NCBI GenBank assembly: GCA_046327745.1 | Contig: JAXLXV010000030.1 | Span: forward strand, 8,469-72,468 | Reading direction: 5' to 3' | Length of the DNA: 64,000 bases | DNA from: Gemmatimonadaceae bacterium | Lineage (GTDB): Bacteria; Gemmatimonadota; Gemmatimonadetes; Gemmatimonadales; Gemmatimonadaceae | Shown: in pieces, positions 28,491-38,775 of the stretch | Numbering within the stretch: the first letter of the stretch is position 1 | How the letters are laid out: each line of letters opens with the position of its first letter | Translations under genes and position numbers: made by a program | Notes under the pieces: generated by a model | Told to the model about the DNA's origin: nothing | What the model saw: only the letters and a program-made list of their open reading frames with translations | Database searches by the model: none

Positions 28491-29465
28491 GTGGCACTTA
28501 CGCACTCGTATGACGTCGTCATCGTTGGCGCCGGTCCGGCAGGGATGACGGCGGCCCTGTACGCGGGCCGCTCGATGCTCAAAACCGTCCTGCTCGAGCG
28601 CGGGGCGTCGGGAGGCGAACTGCTGAACACGGAAGTGATCGAGGACTATCCGGGCTTCGAACGCATTGAAGGATGGGAGCTGGCCTCGCGCTTCGACGCC
28701 CATGCACGGAAGTTCGGCGCCGAATTCCACACGGGTAACGTGACAACGGTGCGTCGACTGGAAGACGGTACCTTCGAAACACTCTGTGATAACAACGACG
28801 TGTACTTGTCCCCAACGGTGATCGTAACGGCCGGCGGAACGCCGGTGAAGCTGGGGATTCCCGGAGAGGCGGAATACGCGGGGAAGGGCGTGTCGTATTG
28901 CGCGATCTGCGACGGGGCGTTTTTCAAGGGACACACCATTGCGGTGGTAGGTGGCGGTGATGCGGCCGTGGAGGAAGCGGACTTCCTGACGCGTTATGCG
29001 GAACGGGTGTATGTGATTCACCGGCGCGATGCGTTCCGTGCGTCGAAGATCCTTCAAAAGCGACTCTTCGAGAATCCGAAGGTCGAAGTGATCTGGGATA
29101 CCACCGTGGAGTCCATTCACGGAGACGCGAAGGGCTTGGTCGATCACCTGCGCCTGCACAACACTCAAACAGGCGCGTCAAGCGAATTGAAGGTGACGGG
29201 CATCTTTGTATTTGTCGGCTTCAAGCCGAACACGGGGATCATCGCCGATCACCTCGACCACGACCCACAGGGCTACCTGATCACGGACGCCAACATGGCG
29301 ACGTCTATTCCCGGACTCTTCGCCGCCGGTGACGTACGGGTGCAGCTGACGCGACAAGTCACGACGGCCGTTGGCGATGGCACCACCGCCGCGATCGCCG
29401 CTGAGAAGTACCTGAGTGCCAAGCGCGATCGCGAAGCAGCGGAGGCGGCCGGGGTCGGCGCGTGA
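28491..29465 (+). CDS. trxB: thioredoxin-disulfide reductase
   Basis: The product has YDVVIVGAGPAGMTAALY, the redox CAICDG motif (C-x-x-C), VVGGGDAAVEEA and FAAGDV. Confidence 0.93.
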   Translation: MALTHSYDVVIVGAGPAGMTAALYAGRSMLKTVLLERGASGGELLNTEVIEDYPGFERIEGWELASRFDAHARKFGAEFHTGNVTTVRRLEDGTFETLCDNNDVYLSPTVIVTAGGTPVKLGIPGEAEYAGKGVSYCAICDGAFFKGHTIAVVGGGDAAVEEADFLTRYAERVYVIHRRDAFRASKILQKRLFENPKVEVIWDTTVESIHGDAKGLVDHLRLHNTQTGASSELKVTGIFVFVGFKPNTGIIADHLDHDPQGYLITDANMATSIPGLFAAGDVRVQLTRQVTTAVGDGTTAAIAAEKYLSAKRDREAAEAAGVGA

Positions 29466-30103
29466 ACGTACGAACGTTTGTTACCGGTGCGTTCCAGGAG
29501 AACTGCTACCTGCTGTCAGACGCGGCCACCGGGCAGGCCGTCATCGTCGATCCAGGGGCCGATGGCGAGACGCTGGTCGATCGAATTCAGAAAGCGCGAG
29601 TGCAGCTGACGGCTATCTGGGTTACGCACTCACACGTGGATCATATCGGGGGTATCGCCCCGATCGTGCGTGCCTTCCATGTGCCGATCTACGCGCACCC
29701 CGCGGGCCAGGTCATGTACGAGCGAGGCGCGGAAATCGCCGCGATGTACGGCATTCCGTTCGAAAGCCCACCACCAGCCGATCACGACTTGGCGGAAGGC
29801 GACGTGCTTGCCGTTGGCGGCCTCCAGTTCAGTGTGATGGAGACCCCCGGGCATGCGCCTGGACATGTCACGATTCACGGCCACGGCATCGCCTTCGTAG
29901 GTGACTGTCTGTTTGCCGGTTCGATCGGCCGTACGGACCTGCCGCTCAGCAATGGTCAGCAGCTCGAGCAATCGCTGGCCCGGATCGCCGCGCTGCCCGA
30001 GTCCACTGTGGTGTATTCGGGGCACGGTCCCGCAACGACCGTAGGCGAGGAACTGCGGACGAATCCCTTCCTGACGGGCATGGCTCGGCCCATCAAGCGT
30101 TAG
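29462..30103 (+). CDS. MBL-fold metallo-hydrolase (hydroxyacylglutathione hydrolase-like)
   Basis: A GTGA overlap joins it to trxB. The product has the THSHVDHIGG (HxHxDH) motif and TPGHAPGH. Confidence 0.85.
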   Translation: MNVRTFVTGAFQENCYLLSDAATGQAVIVDPGADGETLVDRIQKARVQLTAIWVTHSHVDHIGGIAPIVRAFHVPIYAHPAGQVMYERGAEIAAMYGIPFESPPPADHDLAEGDVLAVGGLQFSVMETPGHAPGHVTIHGHGIAFVGDCLFAGSIGRTDLPLSNGQQLEQSLARIAALPESTVVYSGHGPATTVGEELRTNPFLTGMARPIKR

Positions 30104-30108
30104 GCGCC

Positions 30109-30573
30109 ATGCGTCGCTGGTCCGTACTGTTGGTCGCCGCATGGCTTGGGGCCGCCGTCCTGACGGCAGCTGTCGTCGCGCCAGCGGCCTTTGACGTTTT
30201 GCCGACACGCACACTGGCCGGCGCGTTGGTCGGCCGCGTGCTCCCCGTGCTGTTCATCTCGGGGGCCGTCGTTGCGGCGGCGTACTTTGCCGCGGTGCGG
30301 ACGGAGCCGAGTACGCCACGGCAACGGGCCATGCATCTGGTGCTGGCCATTTGGGTCGCGGCGTTGCTCTGGTCGCAGCTGGTGGTGACGCCCAAGATCC
30401 AGGTACTGCGTGCCGCGGGGCCGATCGACGCTTTGGCCCAGACGGATCCGCGCCGCGTCGCGTTCGGCCGGCTGCACGGAGTCAGTGTGGGACTTCTGGG
30501 AGTAGGGATGGTGGCTGCGTTAGTTGTTCTGGTGTGGGGGCCGACGGTCCCCACTTCCCGCGCAGGGGAGTAA
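30109..30573 (+). CDS. hypothetical integral membrane protein (DUF4149/TMEM205-like impression)
   Basis: The 154-aa product has four hydrophobic segments. The family assignment is from memory only. Confidence 0.55.
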   Translation: MRRWSVLLVAAWLGAAVLTAAVVAPAAFDVLPTRTLAGALVGRVLPVLFISGAVVAAAYFAAVRTEPSTPRQRAMHLVLAIWVAALLWSQLVVTPKIQVLRAAGPIDALAQTDPRRVAFGRLHGVSVGLLGVGMVAALVVLVWGPTVPTSRAGE

Positions 30574-30693
30574 CACCATTCGCTCGCGTGGCTGTGGTTC
30601 CATCGCCAAATTTGGAATCGCCCCCACACCCCCCCCGATGTCCGGGCAATCAGGCTCGGATCACCGACATTTTAGACCCTCGACTGGTATCCT

Positions 30694-31539
30694 ATGACGC
30701 CTGATTCGTCGAGCACTGCTGCACCTACCCGCCGGCGGAACCGCTGGGCGTGGGGCGCCGTTCTTGCCGCCACTGCGCTTGTTGTCGCTTGCGAAGGAAG
30801 TCTCACCGTTGCAGGAAGTAACGCGACGTGGGGATTCATCACGATCGCTGCCGCCAAGAGCAACTCGGGGGCTTATCGAACCGCGCCTTTGGGGCAGTTC
30901 TTCAAGGGCAACCTGTCCTCGGTGCCAAACGCTCAGATCGTTTTCGATTCCTGCGTTCCTGGCCTGTCGTATGCCGACGCCGCTGAAATCGTCAGCGGGG
31001 TGACCTTTCTTGACGCCGGTGAGAACATCACGTTGCAGCTGGGCAGCAAGACGGAGACCCTGCCGCGGGTTATCGGAAGCACCAACACCACGTATCAGAA
31101 GGGACTGACGGCGCCCATTTCGTACACGCCGGGAGATTCCGTCGTGGTCACGATTCCAGGGGCAACCGCCGGTTACCCGGCGGGGGACATTCGCGCAAAG
31201 ACCGCCGAGCCGTTCACGAACGAGGATGTGGTAATCCCCAATGGCACTGGGGCCATACAGTTCCGCTGGACGCCTTCCACGGACCTCAACAGCGCCATGA
31301 TCGTCTCGCTGCGATACCGGCCGGCCAACTCCGGTAGAATCTCTGCGCAAGTGCTCTGCTCGTTTACCGATGACGGCGTGGATTCCATCCCATTCCGAAA
31401 TCATCGATTCTGGTCGGACAGCAGCAACCTCGCCCGAGAGATCGTGTTCACGCGACTGCGCACCGCGATTAAGTCGCAGGGGAATGGCGTGTTGGAGGTA
31501 ATTTCGCGCTACCAAACGCCGGTTCCGATTCTTCCGTAG
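30694..31539 (+). CDS. hypothetical lipoprotein (281 aa)
   Basis: It has a signal peptide with lipobox (AATALVVAC). I recognise no family. Confidence 0.55.
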   Translation: MTPDSSSTAAPTRRRNRWAWGAVLAATALVVACEGSLTVAGSNATWGFITIAAAKSNSGAYRTAPLGQFFKGNLSSVPNAQIVFDSCVPGLSYADAAEIVSGVTFLDAGENITLQLGSKTETLPRVIGSTNTTYQKGLTAPISYTPGDSVVVTIPGATAGYPAGDIRAKTAEPFTNEDVVIPNGTGAIQFRWTPSTDLNSAMIVSLRYRPANSGRISAQVLCSFTDDGVDSIPFRNHRFWSDSSNLAREIVFTRLRTAIKSQGNGVLEVISRYQTPVPILP

Positions 31540-31592
31540 CCGCGTTTCTCCGTCCCGCACGCAGCGGCATGCTGTATTCCCAGTAGTTATCC

Positions 31593-31630
31593 CGCCCGCC
31601 TCGGCGTCGCCGTGGCGGGCGATTGTTTTG
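31593..31630 (+). terminator. rho-independent terminator after the lipoprotein gene
   Basis: CGCCCGCC (31593-31600) pairs with GGCGGGCG (31614-31621), followed by ATTGTTTTG. Confidence 0.6.
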
Positions 31631-31651
31631 TGGTGATTTGGAGGTTCCGCC

Positions 31652-33076
31652 ATGAGCGACACCCGCATTGAGAAGGATCCCCTGGGCACACTCGCGGTCC
31701 CACAGGAGGCGCTTTACGGCGTGCAGACGCTGCGCGCCGTTCAGAATTTTCCCATAAGCGGATTCAAGCCTCTCGAGCCATTTGTCCTGGCACAGGTCTG
31801 GATCAAGAAGGCGGCCGCTCTCACGCATAAGGAGACGGGTCGACTCGATGCCCGCCTTGCCGACGCCATTGTGGCCGCGGCAGACGAAGTCTTAGCGGGC
31901 AGGCACCGCGACCAATTTGTGGTCGATCCGTATCAGGCCGGAGCCGGAACGTCGCACAACATGAACGCGAATGAGGTACTAGCGAATCGCGCCAACGAGT
32001 TGTTAGGCGGCCGGCGTGGCGAGTATACGCCGGTTCACCCGAATGACCACGTGAACATGGCGCAAAGCACCAACGATACGATCCCCACGAACATTCGGCT
32101 GGCGACCCTGTCCCAAGTCGCGCCACTGACATCGGCCTTTGAATCGCTGCGCGATGCGCTCGCCCAAAAGGGACGTGAGTTCGACGACATCGTGAAGGCC
32201 GGTCGAACGCACTTGCAGGACGCCATGCCCATACGCCTTGGGCAAGAGTTCGCGGCCTACGCGGGCTCCATCGACCGGGGTGTTCGGCGCGTGCGAGACG
32301 CGGCGGACTACCTCAAGGACCTTGGGATCGGCGGGAGCGCGGTGGGCACCGGGGTGACCGTCGAGGCTACGTATCCGGCCCTCATGAATCGGCACCTGCG
32401 ACAGATCACCGGATTGGACGTGCGCGTCGGGTCGGACTTCATTCAACTGATGCAAAGTATGGGCGACGTCGCGGCGTTCTCGTCAACGCTGAAGGTTCTG
32501 GCGATCGACCTGAGCAAGATCGTGAGCGACCTGCGCTTGATGGTGATGGGACCGCGCACAGGCATCGATGAAATCGTACTGCCGGCGGTGCAACCGGGTT
32601 CGTCCATCATGCCCGGGAAGATCAATCCCAGCATACCGGAGATGGTCAATCAGGTGTGCTTCCAGGTGATCGGCTGCGACACGACGGTGGCCATCGCCTC
32701 GGAACACGGTCAGCTCGAACTGAACGTGATGATGCCGGTGATCGCTTTCAACGTGTTGCTGTCGATGCAGATCTTACGGAATGCCGCCACGGTACTCACG
32801 GAGAAATGCGTCCGCGGCATCACCGCTCATCGCGAGATGTGTGAGTATTGGGTGGAGCGGTCGGCGGCGCTCGCCACGGCGCTCGCCCCGCAAATCGGGT
32901 ACGCCGCCGCGGCGGAAATCAGTAAGCGCTCAGTGAAGGAAGGGGTGCTCATCCGCGACTTGGTGAAGCGCGAAGGGGTTATCCCGGCTTGGGATGTGGA
33001 CAACGTGTTGGATCTGCGCAAGATGACGGAGATCGGTGTCCCCGGAGGCAAGCACGGGCCGGCGTCGGCCGGATAG
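31652..33076 (+). CDS. aspA: aspartate ammonia-lyase (class II fumarase/aspartase family)
   Basis: The product has GSSIMPGKINP and the aspartase-like QAGAGTSHNMNANEVLANRA. A GGAGG Shine-Dalgarno sequence lies upstream. Confidence 0.85.
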   Translation: MSDTRIEKDPLGTLAVPQEALYGVQTLRAVQNFPISGFKPLEPFVLAQVWIKKAAALTHKETGRLDARLADAIVAAADEVLAGRHRDQFVVDPYQAGAGTSHNMNANEVLANRANELLGGRRGEYTPVHPNDHVNMAQSTNDTIPTNIRLATLSQVAPLTSAFESLRDALAQKGREFDDIVKAGRTHLQDAMPIRLGQEFAAYAGSIDRGVRRVRDAADYLKDLGIGGSAVGTGVTVEATYPALMNRHLRQITGLDVRVGSDFIQLMQSMGDVAAFSSTLKVLAIDLSKIVSDLRLMVMGPRTGIDEIVLPAVQPGSSIMPGKINPSIPEMVNQVCFQVIGCDTTVAIASEHGQLELNVMMPVIAFNVLLSMQILRNAATVLTEKCVRGITAHREMCEYWVERSAALATALAPQIGYAAAAEISKRSVKEGVLIRDLVKREGVIPAWDVDNVLDLRKMTEIGVPGGKHGPASAG

Positions 33077-33147
33077 CATCAACGACGGTGATGTTGCAGG
33101 CAGTCGTCACTGGACGTCGGCGCGCCATTCCCGTTATCCTGCTTCCT

Positions 33148-33627
33148 ATGCGTATCACGACCTGGGCCGAGTATGGCTTGATCTGCTCGCTGCACTTGGC
33201 ACGACGTCAGGGCAATGGACCCGTGACTGGTCGCGACGTCGCTGCCGCGGAGCGGCTCCCCGCCGATTACGTCGAGCAAATTTTGCTTCGACTCCGGCGC
33301 GCCGGGATAGTGGAGTCGGTGCGAGGCGCCAGAGGGGGGTACGTCATGGCGCGGGATGCGGCCGGTGTCACGGTCCGCGAAGTCATCGCGGCGTCAGAGC
33401 ACGCAACCTTTGACCTGCATTGTGTCTCCCATCCCGTGGCCGAAGAGCGGTGCTCGGACTCCCAGCGCTGCTCCATACGGCCGGTGTGGTTGATGCTGCA
33501 GCAACGGATCGACGACGCGCTGGAAAGCGTGTGCTTGGCGGATCTCTTGCACGACGAAGCGACCGTGCGCGAGCGCGTTGGTCTCCCGATCCTGACGACG
33601 CCGGCGCAACCGGCGCTTCAGGTCTGA
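33148..33627 (+). CDS. Rrf2-family transcriptional regulator (IscR/NsrR-like, three clustered Cys)
   Basis: The product begins MRITTWAEYGLICSLHLAR and has a wHTH (YVEQILLRLRRAGIVESVRGARGGY) and a C-x10-C-x5-C cluster. Confidence 0.85.
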   Translation: MRITTWAEYGLICSLHLARRQGNGPVTGRDVAAAERLPADYVEQILLRLRRAGIVESVRGARGGYVMARDAAGVTVREVIAASEHATFDLHCVSHPVAEERCSDSQRCSIRPVWLMLQQRIDDALESVCLADLLHDEATVRERVGLPILTTPAQPALQV

Positions 33628-33637
33628 CGGGGCATCC

Positions 33638-34204
33638 ATGACGCCCGGCTTGTTCGACGACTGGCGTCAAGAATGGCGCTTGCGTCGCGGAGCGGCGTCC
33701 TTCGTCGAAGGGTTGCTGGCAGATCCTGGCACAGACGATGTCGCCAAGCTCGCAACGCTGGCGCGGGTGGATGAGGATCGCGCCCGCTGGGAACTACGAT
33801 ATGCGCGTCGCGCGTTAGGCATGCTGGTCGCGCAGCGCGATGCGCTGGACGATCGCACGGGGTCCGAGGTGGCGCGCGAACTCGCCTCGGCGATGCACAA
33901 CGATCCGCATATCGCCGCTGACATGGTGAAAATCGCCGACCGTCAGCTCAACGAGCGGTTGGCCGCGTATCGCGAGGTGCTCACGACGCGCCGCCCGGAG
34001 GAAGGCACCGGGAAACGTCTGGGGCGCGTCCTGCTGCGGCTTACCGGGTGGGCGGGTCCCGCCGAAGACAGCCAGCTTGAGCAGGTCGGCGACGTGATGG
34101 AGCGATTCCTCACGCAGTCCAACGATGCCTTGCGGAAGGCCTTTGGGACGGCGTCGCTGCCAGAGGACCTGCCACCGTCCGCCGCCCGGTCAGGCAAGCA
34201 CTGA
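33638..34204 (+). CDS. hypothetical protein (188 aa, helical, Arg/Asp-rich)
   Basis: This ORF fills the gap. I recognise no family. Confidence 0.5.
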   Translation: MTPGLFDDWRQEWRLRRGAASFVEGLLADPGTDDVAKLATLARVDEDRARWELRYARRALGMLVAQRDALDDRTGSEVARELASAMHNDPHIAADMVKIADRQLNERLAAYREVLTTRRPEEGTGKRLGRVLLRLTGWAGPAEDSQLEQVGDVMERFLTQSNDALRKAFGTASLPEDLPPSAARSGKH

Positions 34205-34255
34205 CCTCGAAAGCAAAGCGCGACGAGTCCGGGTGGACACGCCGCGCTCTGCTGG

Positions 34256-34340
<85 letters not shown>

Positions 34341-34462
34341 AAGGAGGCGGAAGCTATCGGCACCGAAATGCCAAGTCAACGGAATGACGGGAGATACGCC
34401 CCCTGCGTCCTTTGGCATGGTGACTCGCTACTATTCGGCGTGGAATCACGACTCCGTGCACG

Positions 34463-34939
34463 ATGACGAAAGCCGCCGACGCTGAACCCGCCGACAAGCA
34501 AGTGGTCGCGCGGAACCGAAGCGCACGCCACGAATACCACATTCTCGACACGTGGGAAGCCGGGCTCGTGCTGAGTGGCACGGAGGTGAAAGCGCTGCGC
34601 GACGGCAAGGCGAACATCGGCGACGCCTACGGCATCGTGAACAAGGGAGAGGTCTTCCTCTTGAACGCCCATATCTCGCCGTACGAACGCGGTGGGTACG
34701 TCAATCACGAACCCACCCGTTCGCGCAAATTGCTGCTCCACAAACGGGAAATCCGGAAATTGATCGGAGCCGTCGAGCGACAGGGGCTGACACTGGTACC
34801 GTTGGAGCTGTATTTCCGAAACGGACGGGCGAAGGTCGTGATTGCCCTGGCCAAGGGGAAAAAGTTGCACGACAAGCGAGACGACTCGCGGCAACGGGAC
34901 GCCGAGCGCGAGATGGCGCGGGCGTTCCGCAAGCGATGA
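34463..34939 (+). CDS. smpB: SsrA-binding protein
   Basis: The 158-aa product has ARNRSARHEYHILDTWEAGLVLSGTEVK and KLLLHKREI. Confidence 0.95.
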   Translation: MTKAADAEPADKQVVARNRSARHEYHILDTWEAGLVLSGTEVKALRDGKANIGDAYGIVNKGEVFLLNAHISPYERGGYVNHEPTRSRKLLLHKREIRKLIGAVERQGLTLVPLELYFRNGRAKVVIALAKGKKLHDKRDDSRQRDAEREMARAFRKR

Positions 34940-36141
34940 TCGCTTCCGCGCTGTTGATGGTGCTCCAAGTCCTGGACACGGCCACGGCCGTGTCCATTCG
35001 CGATGGGGATCGCGTGAGCAAGGTCCCGATCGTTTTCACGCGCGCCGGTCGCATGATCAGCGCCGACGATCTGGCGCGGGCGCTGGGCACGCCGGTACGC
35101 CGGCCCACCAGCGATCGGTTTGTGCTGACGGCCGCCGAAACCGAGATCGAGTTCACGATCGGGGTGGCATTCGCCAAGATCGGCCGCGCGGTCACGCCGT
35201 TAGGCACTGCGCCGGCGAGCTCCCAAGGACGTCTGTACGTCCCACTCGCCTTGGTGACGGACGTCCTCCCGCGCGCCATTGTTGGCTACATGTTCGACAC
35301 CACGCGGACGGAACTGCGTCGCTTTCGTGCCGCGGCCAGCGCCGAACAAGATCGCGCGCCGTCCGTGGCCGTCCCCTCCGTGGAGGTCCGCCCCCGCGCC
35401 GGCCCAAAGCCAGAAACGATCGTGGTCGTCGATGCGGGGCATGGCGGACCAGACCGCGGAATGAGCGGCCCTATTCGTGGCACATTCCGCATCTATGAAG
35501 CCGATATCACGTTGCAGGTGGCGAAGCGCGTGCGGGATGCGCTCAAGGAACGCGGGATCCGCGTGCTGATGACGCGCGATCGAGATACGCTCATTGCTCT
35601 CCGCGACCGGGGCCGCCTGGCCAACCAAGCCAAGGGGAGCGTCTTCCTCTCCATCCACGTGAACGCCGCAAACCTCCGCTGGAAGCAACCGGCGGACGCT
35701 CGGGGATTCGAGACCTACTTCCTGGCCGAAGCCAAGACCGAGGACGAGCGTCGCGTCGAAGAGCTGGAAAACGAGGCGACGAAATATGAGGCAGAGGCTG
35801 ATGCGGAGGCCGGCGATCCGGTATCGTTCATCCTCAACGACATGAAACAGAACGAGCACCTGCGCGAGTCGAGCGACCTCGCGTCCACTATGCAGACCGC
35901 ATTGCGCGCGGTGCATCCCGGGCCTAGTCGCGGGGTGAAGCAGGCTGGCTTTCGTGTGCTCGTCTCAGCCTACATGCCCGCGGTGCTCGTCGAGATTGGC
36001 TTCGGCACCAATGCCGCCGAGGCGCGCTACATCGCCTCGCCGGATGGGCAGGGGAGTCTGGCCCGCGCCATCGCCGACGCCACCGTGACGTATCTGGCCC
36101 AGCTGGAGCGCCGCACGAGTCCAGGTGGTGCGCGACCGTGA
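34936..36141 (+). CDS. N-acetylmuramoyl-L-alanine amidase (Amidase_3 family with N-terminal AMIN-like domain)
   Basis: An ATGA overlap joins it to smpB. The product has IVVVDAGHGGPDRG, FLSIHVNA and GFRVLVSAYMPAVLVEIGF. The ORF-track start 34552 overlaps smpB and is rejected. Confidence 0.88.
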   Translation: MIASALLMVLQVLDTATAVSIRDGDRVSKVPIVFTRAGRMISADDLARALGTPVRRPTSDRFVLTAAETEIEFTIGVAFAKIGRAVTPLGTAPASSQGRLYVPLALVTDVLPRAIVGYMFDTTRTELRRFRAAASAEQDRAPSVAVPSVEVRPRAGPKPETIVVVDAGHGGPDRGMSGPIRGTFRIYEADITLQVAKRVRDALKERGIRVLMTRDRDTLIALRDRGRLANQAKGSVFLSIHVNAANLRWKQPADARGFETYFLAEAKTEDERRVEELENEATKYEAEADAEAGDPVSFILNDMKQNEHLRESSDLASTMQTALRAVHPGPSRGVKQAGFRVLVSAYMPAVLVEIGFGTNAAEARYIASPDGQGSLARAIADATVTYLAQLERRTSPGGARP

Positions 36142-37076
36142 GCCACGCGCCCAACCTGGCGGTATCCCTCGGTGCGGTGCAGCTACAAAACCCGATCCTA
36201 CTGGCGGCCGGCACGGCCGGGTATGGACGAGAAGTTGCCGGGGTCATCGATCTCGAATCGTTAGGTGGTCTGGTGACCAAGGCGGTGAGCGTGGAGGTTC
36301 GCAAGGGCGCTCCCTCTCCTCGCGTGGCCGAGTTCGATGGGGGGATGATCAACGCGATCGGGCTGGCCAATCCGGGCGTGCAAGCGGTGCGCGAGGAGGC
36401 GCTGCCGTGGCTCGCGTCAAACGTCCAGCGTGCGCGTGTGCTGGTGAACGTTGTGGGGAGTCGGGTTGAAGACTACGCGGCGGTTGTCAGCGCCTTGCAC
36501 GACGCACCCGGCAAGGCGGGCTTCGAGCTGAACGTCTCGTGCCCGAACGTGAAGGCCGGGGGTCTGGAATTCGGCGCCGATCGCGCCGCCCTCGAGGCCG
36601 TCGTGCGCGGGGCACGCGCCTGCACCTCACTGCCACTCTTTGTAAAGCTCTCGCCGACGCTGGCTGACATTGCGGGAGCGGCCAATGTGGCGTTGGACGC
36701 TGGGGCCGACGGGCTCACCCTGACAAATACTCTCCCCGGTCTGGTCATTGACGTCGAACGTCGCCGACCCGCGCTCGGATTCGGCACCGGCGGGGTCAGT
36801 GGCGCCGCGTTGATGCCCGCGGCCGTCCTCGCTACGTGGAGAGTATACCGAGCCACCAAGGCGCCGATCATTGGCGTCGGAGGCGTCGCGAGCGCGAGCG
36901 ACGCCCTGCAGTTTCTGCTGGCGGGCGCGCGTGCGGTCGCAATCGGCACCGCAGCCATGCGCGATCCTCGGATTCCCGAGCGCATCGTCAGGCACCTGGC
37001 GCAGTGGATGGACCGGCACGACGTCACGTCACTCGAACCCATCATCGGATCCCTGGAATGGCCGGCGCCCGCATGA
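36138..37076 (+). CDS. pyrD: dihydroorotate dehydrogenase (class 1)
   Basis: A GTGA overlap joins it to the amidase. The product has NPILLAAGTAGYG, INAIGLANPG, ELNVSCPN and IIGVGGV. Confidence 0.92.
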   Translation: MSHAPNLAVSLGAVQLQNPILLAAGTAGYGREVAGVIDLESLGGLVTKAVSVEVRKGAPSPRVAEFDGGMINAIGLANPGVQAVREEALPWLASNVQRARVLVNVVGSRVEDYAAVVSALHDAPGKAGFELNVSCPNVKAGGLEFGADRAALEAVVRGARACTSLPLFVKLSPTLADIAGAANVALDAGADGLTLTNTLPGLVIDVERRRPALGFGTGGVSGAALMPAAVLATWRVYRATKAPIIGVGGVASASDALQFLLAGARAVAIGTAAMRDPRIPERIVRHLAQWMDRHDVTSLEPIIGSLEWPAPA

Positions 37077-37777
37077 CTCCCATCCCGATTGTCGCCCTCG
37101 ATGTCTCCGATATCCACAATGCGTTGCTGCTGACGGATGAACTCGGCGACGCGTGCACGTTCTACAAAGTGGGCTCTGAGCTCTTCACGAGCGCCGGCCG
37201 CGACGTGGTGACCCGCATCCGCGACCGTGGGTGCAGTGTCTTTCTGGACCTGAAGTTTCACGATATCCCCAATACCGTCCGCTCGGCCGCTCGGGCCGCC
37301 CGAGACATGGGCGCGGAGTTGATCACAGTGCATGCGTCGGGCGGAGCGGCGATGATCAGCGCCGCGGTAGAAGGCGCGTCGCCGGGGTGTCGAGTGCTGG
37401 CCGTCACGGTCCTGACCTCGCTGGACGCTGGGGCCCTTCAAAGCGTGTGGGGGAAACCGGAGTCTATTGTCGCGGACGAGGTGGCCCGGCTGGCGACGAT
37501 CGCGTCAGACGCTGGGGCATACGGCGTGGTGTGTAGCGGGCATGAGGTGGAAGCGGTGCATCGCGTGGCTGACGGGCGTCTGGCGACCTTGGTCCCGGGA
37601 ATTCGGTTTGCCGATGGCGATGCCCACGATCAGCGCCGCATCGTGACGCCCGGGATGGCGGCCCAGCTGGGCGCGACCTATCTGGTGGTGGGGCGCGCCG
37701 TGACCGGAGCGCAGAGCCCCAAAGCCGCGATGAAGCGACTGCACGACGAGCTTCAGGGCGCTGTGGAGCCGCGCTAG
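37073..37777 (+). CDS. pyrF: orotidine 5'-phosphate decarboxylase
   Basis: An ATGA overlap joins it to pyrD. The product has IVALDV, FYKVGSELF, FLDLKFHDIPNT and YLVVGRAV. Confidence 0.92.
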   Translation: MTPIPIVALDVSDIHNALLLTDELGDACTFYKVGSELFTSAGRDVVTRIRDRGCSVFLDLKFHDIPNTVRSAARAARDMGAELITVHASGGAAMISAAVEGASPGCRVLAVTVLTSLDAGALQSVWGKPESIVADEVARLATIASDAGAYGVVCSGHEVEAVHRVADGRLATLVPGIRFADGDAHDQRRIVTPGMAAQLGATYLVVGRAVTGAQSPKAAMKRLHDELQGAVEPR

Positions 37778-37822
37778 CGCACAGAAACTCGCGCGAATCA
37801 CGCAATTCGCGGACCGGCTCCC

Positions 37823-37851
37823 TTGCATGAGTCGTCTAAGGCCTTTATCCT
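37823..37851 (+). promoter_or_regulatory. candidate sigma-70-type promoter for the rpmJ-rpsM-rpsK-rpsD-rpoA-rplQ-rpmB operon
   Basis: TTGCAT (37823-37828), a 17-nt spacer, then TATCCT (37846-37851). A GGGAG Shine-Dalgarno sequence precedes GTG 37896. Confidence 0.35.
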
Positions 37852-37895
37852 AAAGGTCTTGGCCGAAATTCCTTAGTTTAGTCGGGAGCCAAATC

Positions 37896-38012
37896 GTGAA
37901 AGTCCGAAGCAGCGTGAAGCCGATCTGTGAACACTGCAAAGTGGTCAAGCGGGCCGGCGTGACACGCATCATCTGTAAGCGAAACCCAAAGCACAAACAG
38001 CGCCAAGGGTAA
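37896..38012 (+). CDS. rpmJ: 50S ribosomal protein L36
   Basis: This gene is not in the ORF track (38 aa). The GTG start gives [38 protein letters not shown], stop TAA. Confidence 0.9.
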   Translation: MKVRSSVKPICEHCKVVKRAGVTRIICKRNPKHKQRQG

Positions 38013-38013
38013 C

Positions 38014-38391
38014 ATGGCACGAATTTCTGGTGTCGACCTCCCACGCGAGAAGCGGGTTGAGATCGGCCTAACGTATGTCTTCGGCATTGGCCGGACGACC
38101 GCAAAGCGAATCCTCGAATCAACGGGCGTGAACCCGAACACGCGGGTGCGTGACCTGACGGATGCCGATGTGAATCGGCTGCGTCAGGCGATTGAAAAGG
38201 ACTTTCGCGTAGAAGGCGCGCTCCGGACCGAAGTCGCCATGAACATCAAGCGATTGATGGACATCGGCTCTTATCGCGGCATTCGTCATCGCCGCGGTCT
38301 CCCTGTGCGCGGGCAGCGAACGCACACGAATGCGCGCACCAAGAAGGGTCCGCGTCGCGCTATCGCCGGCAAAAAGAAGGTAACCAAGTAG
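38014..38391 (+). CDS. rpsM: 30S ribosomal protein S13
   Basis: The product begins [26 protein letters not shown]... and also has [16 protein letters not shown]. Confidence 0.97.
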   Translation: MARISGVDLPREKRVEIGLTYVFGIGRTTAKRILESTGVNPNTRVRDLTDADVNRLRQAIEKDFRVEGALRTEVAMNIKRLMDIGSYRGIRHRRGLPVRGQRTHTNARTKKGPRRAIAGKKKVTK

Positions 38392-38394
38392 CGT

Positions 38395-38772
38395 ATGGCC
38401 ACTGGAAAGAAATCGAAGCGCGTGATCGAAGCCGAAGGGATCGCCCATATCAGCGCCACCTTCAACAACACGACGATCACGATCACAGATATGCATGGCA
38501 ACGCCGTTTCCTGGGGTTCGTCAGGGAAGGCGGGCTTCAAGGGATCGAAGAAGTCGACGCCGTTTGCCGCCACCGTTGCAGCTGAGCAGTGCGCCCGCGA
38601 TGCGTTGTCGCAAGGCGTGCGCCGGGTGCACGTGCGCGTGCAGGGGCCCGGCAGCGGGCGCGAGTCCGCGGTGCAGGCTCTCGCATCCGCCGGCCTGCAG
38701 GTCAAGTCCATCAAGGACGTCACGCCGATTCCACACAACGGCTGTCGTCCTCCCAAGCGGCGGAGGGTCTAA
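38395..38772 (+). CDS. rpsK: 30S ribosomal protein S11
   Basis: The product has [21 protein letters not shown]...[13 protein letters not shown]...[13 protein letters not shown]. Confidence 0.97.
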   Translation: MATGKKSKRVIEAEGIAHISATFNNTTITITDMHGNAVSWGSSGKAGFKGSKKSTPFAATVAAEQCARDALSQGVRRVHVRVQGPGSGRESAVQALASAGLQVKSIKDVTPIPHNGCRPPKRRRV

Positions 38773-38775
38773 GCC

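Noticed and set aside
34552-34935. N-terminal extension of the amidase ORF (ORF track 34552..36141)
   Set aside because: The extension overlaps smpB in another frame and is Arg-rich. The ATG at 34936 overlaps the smpB stop and is followed by a signal-like sequence. Similar over-long ORF-track starts were trimmed for 4762, 14978-16303, 21125, 26016, 26422, 27562, 32989, 36836, 41286, 46075 and 52417.
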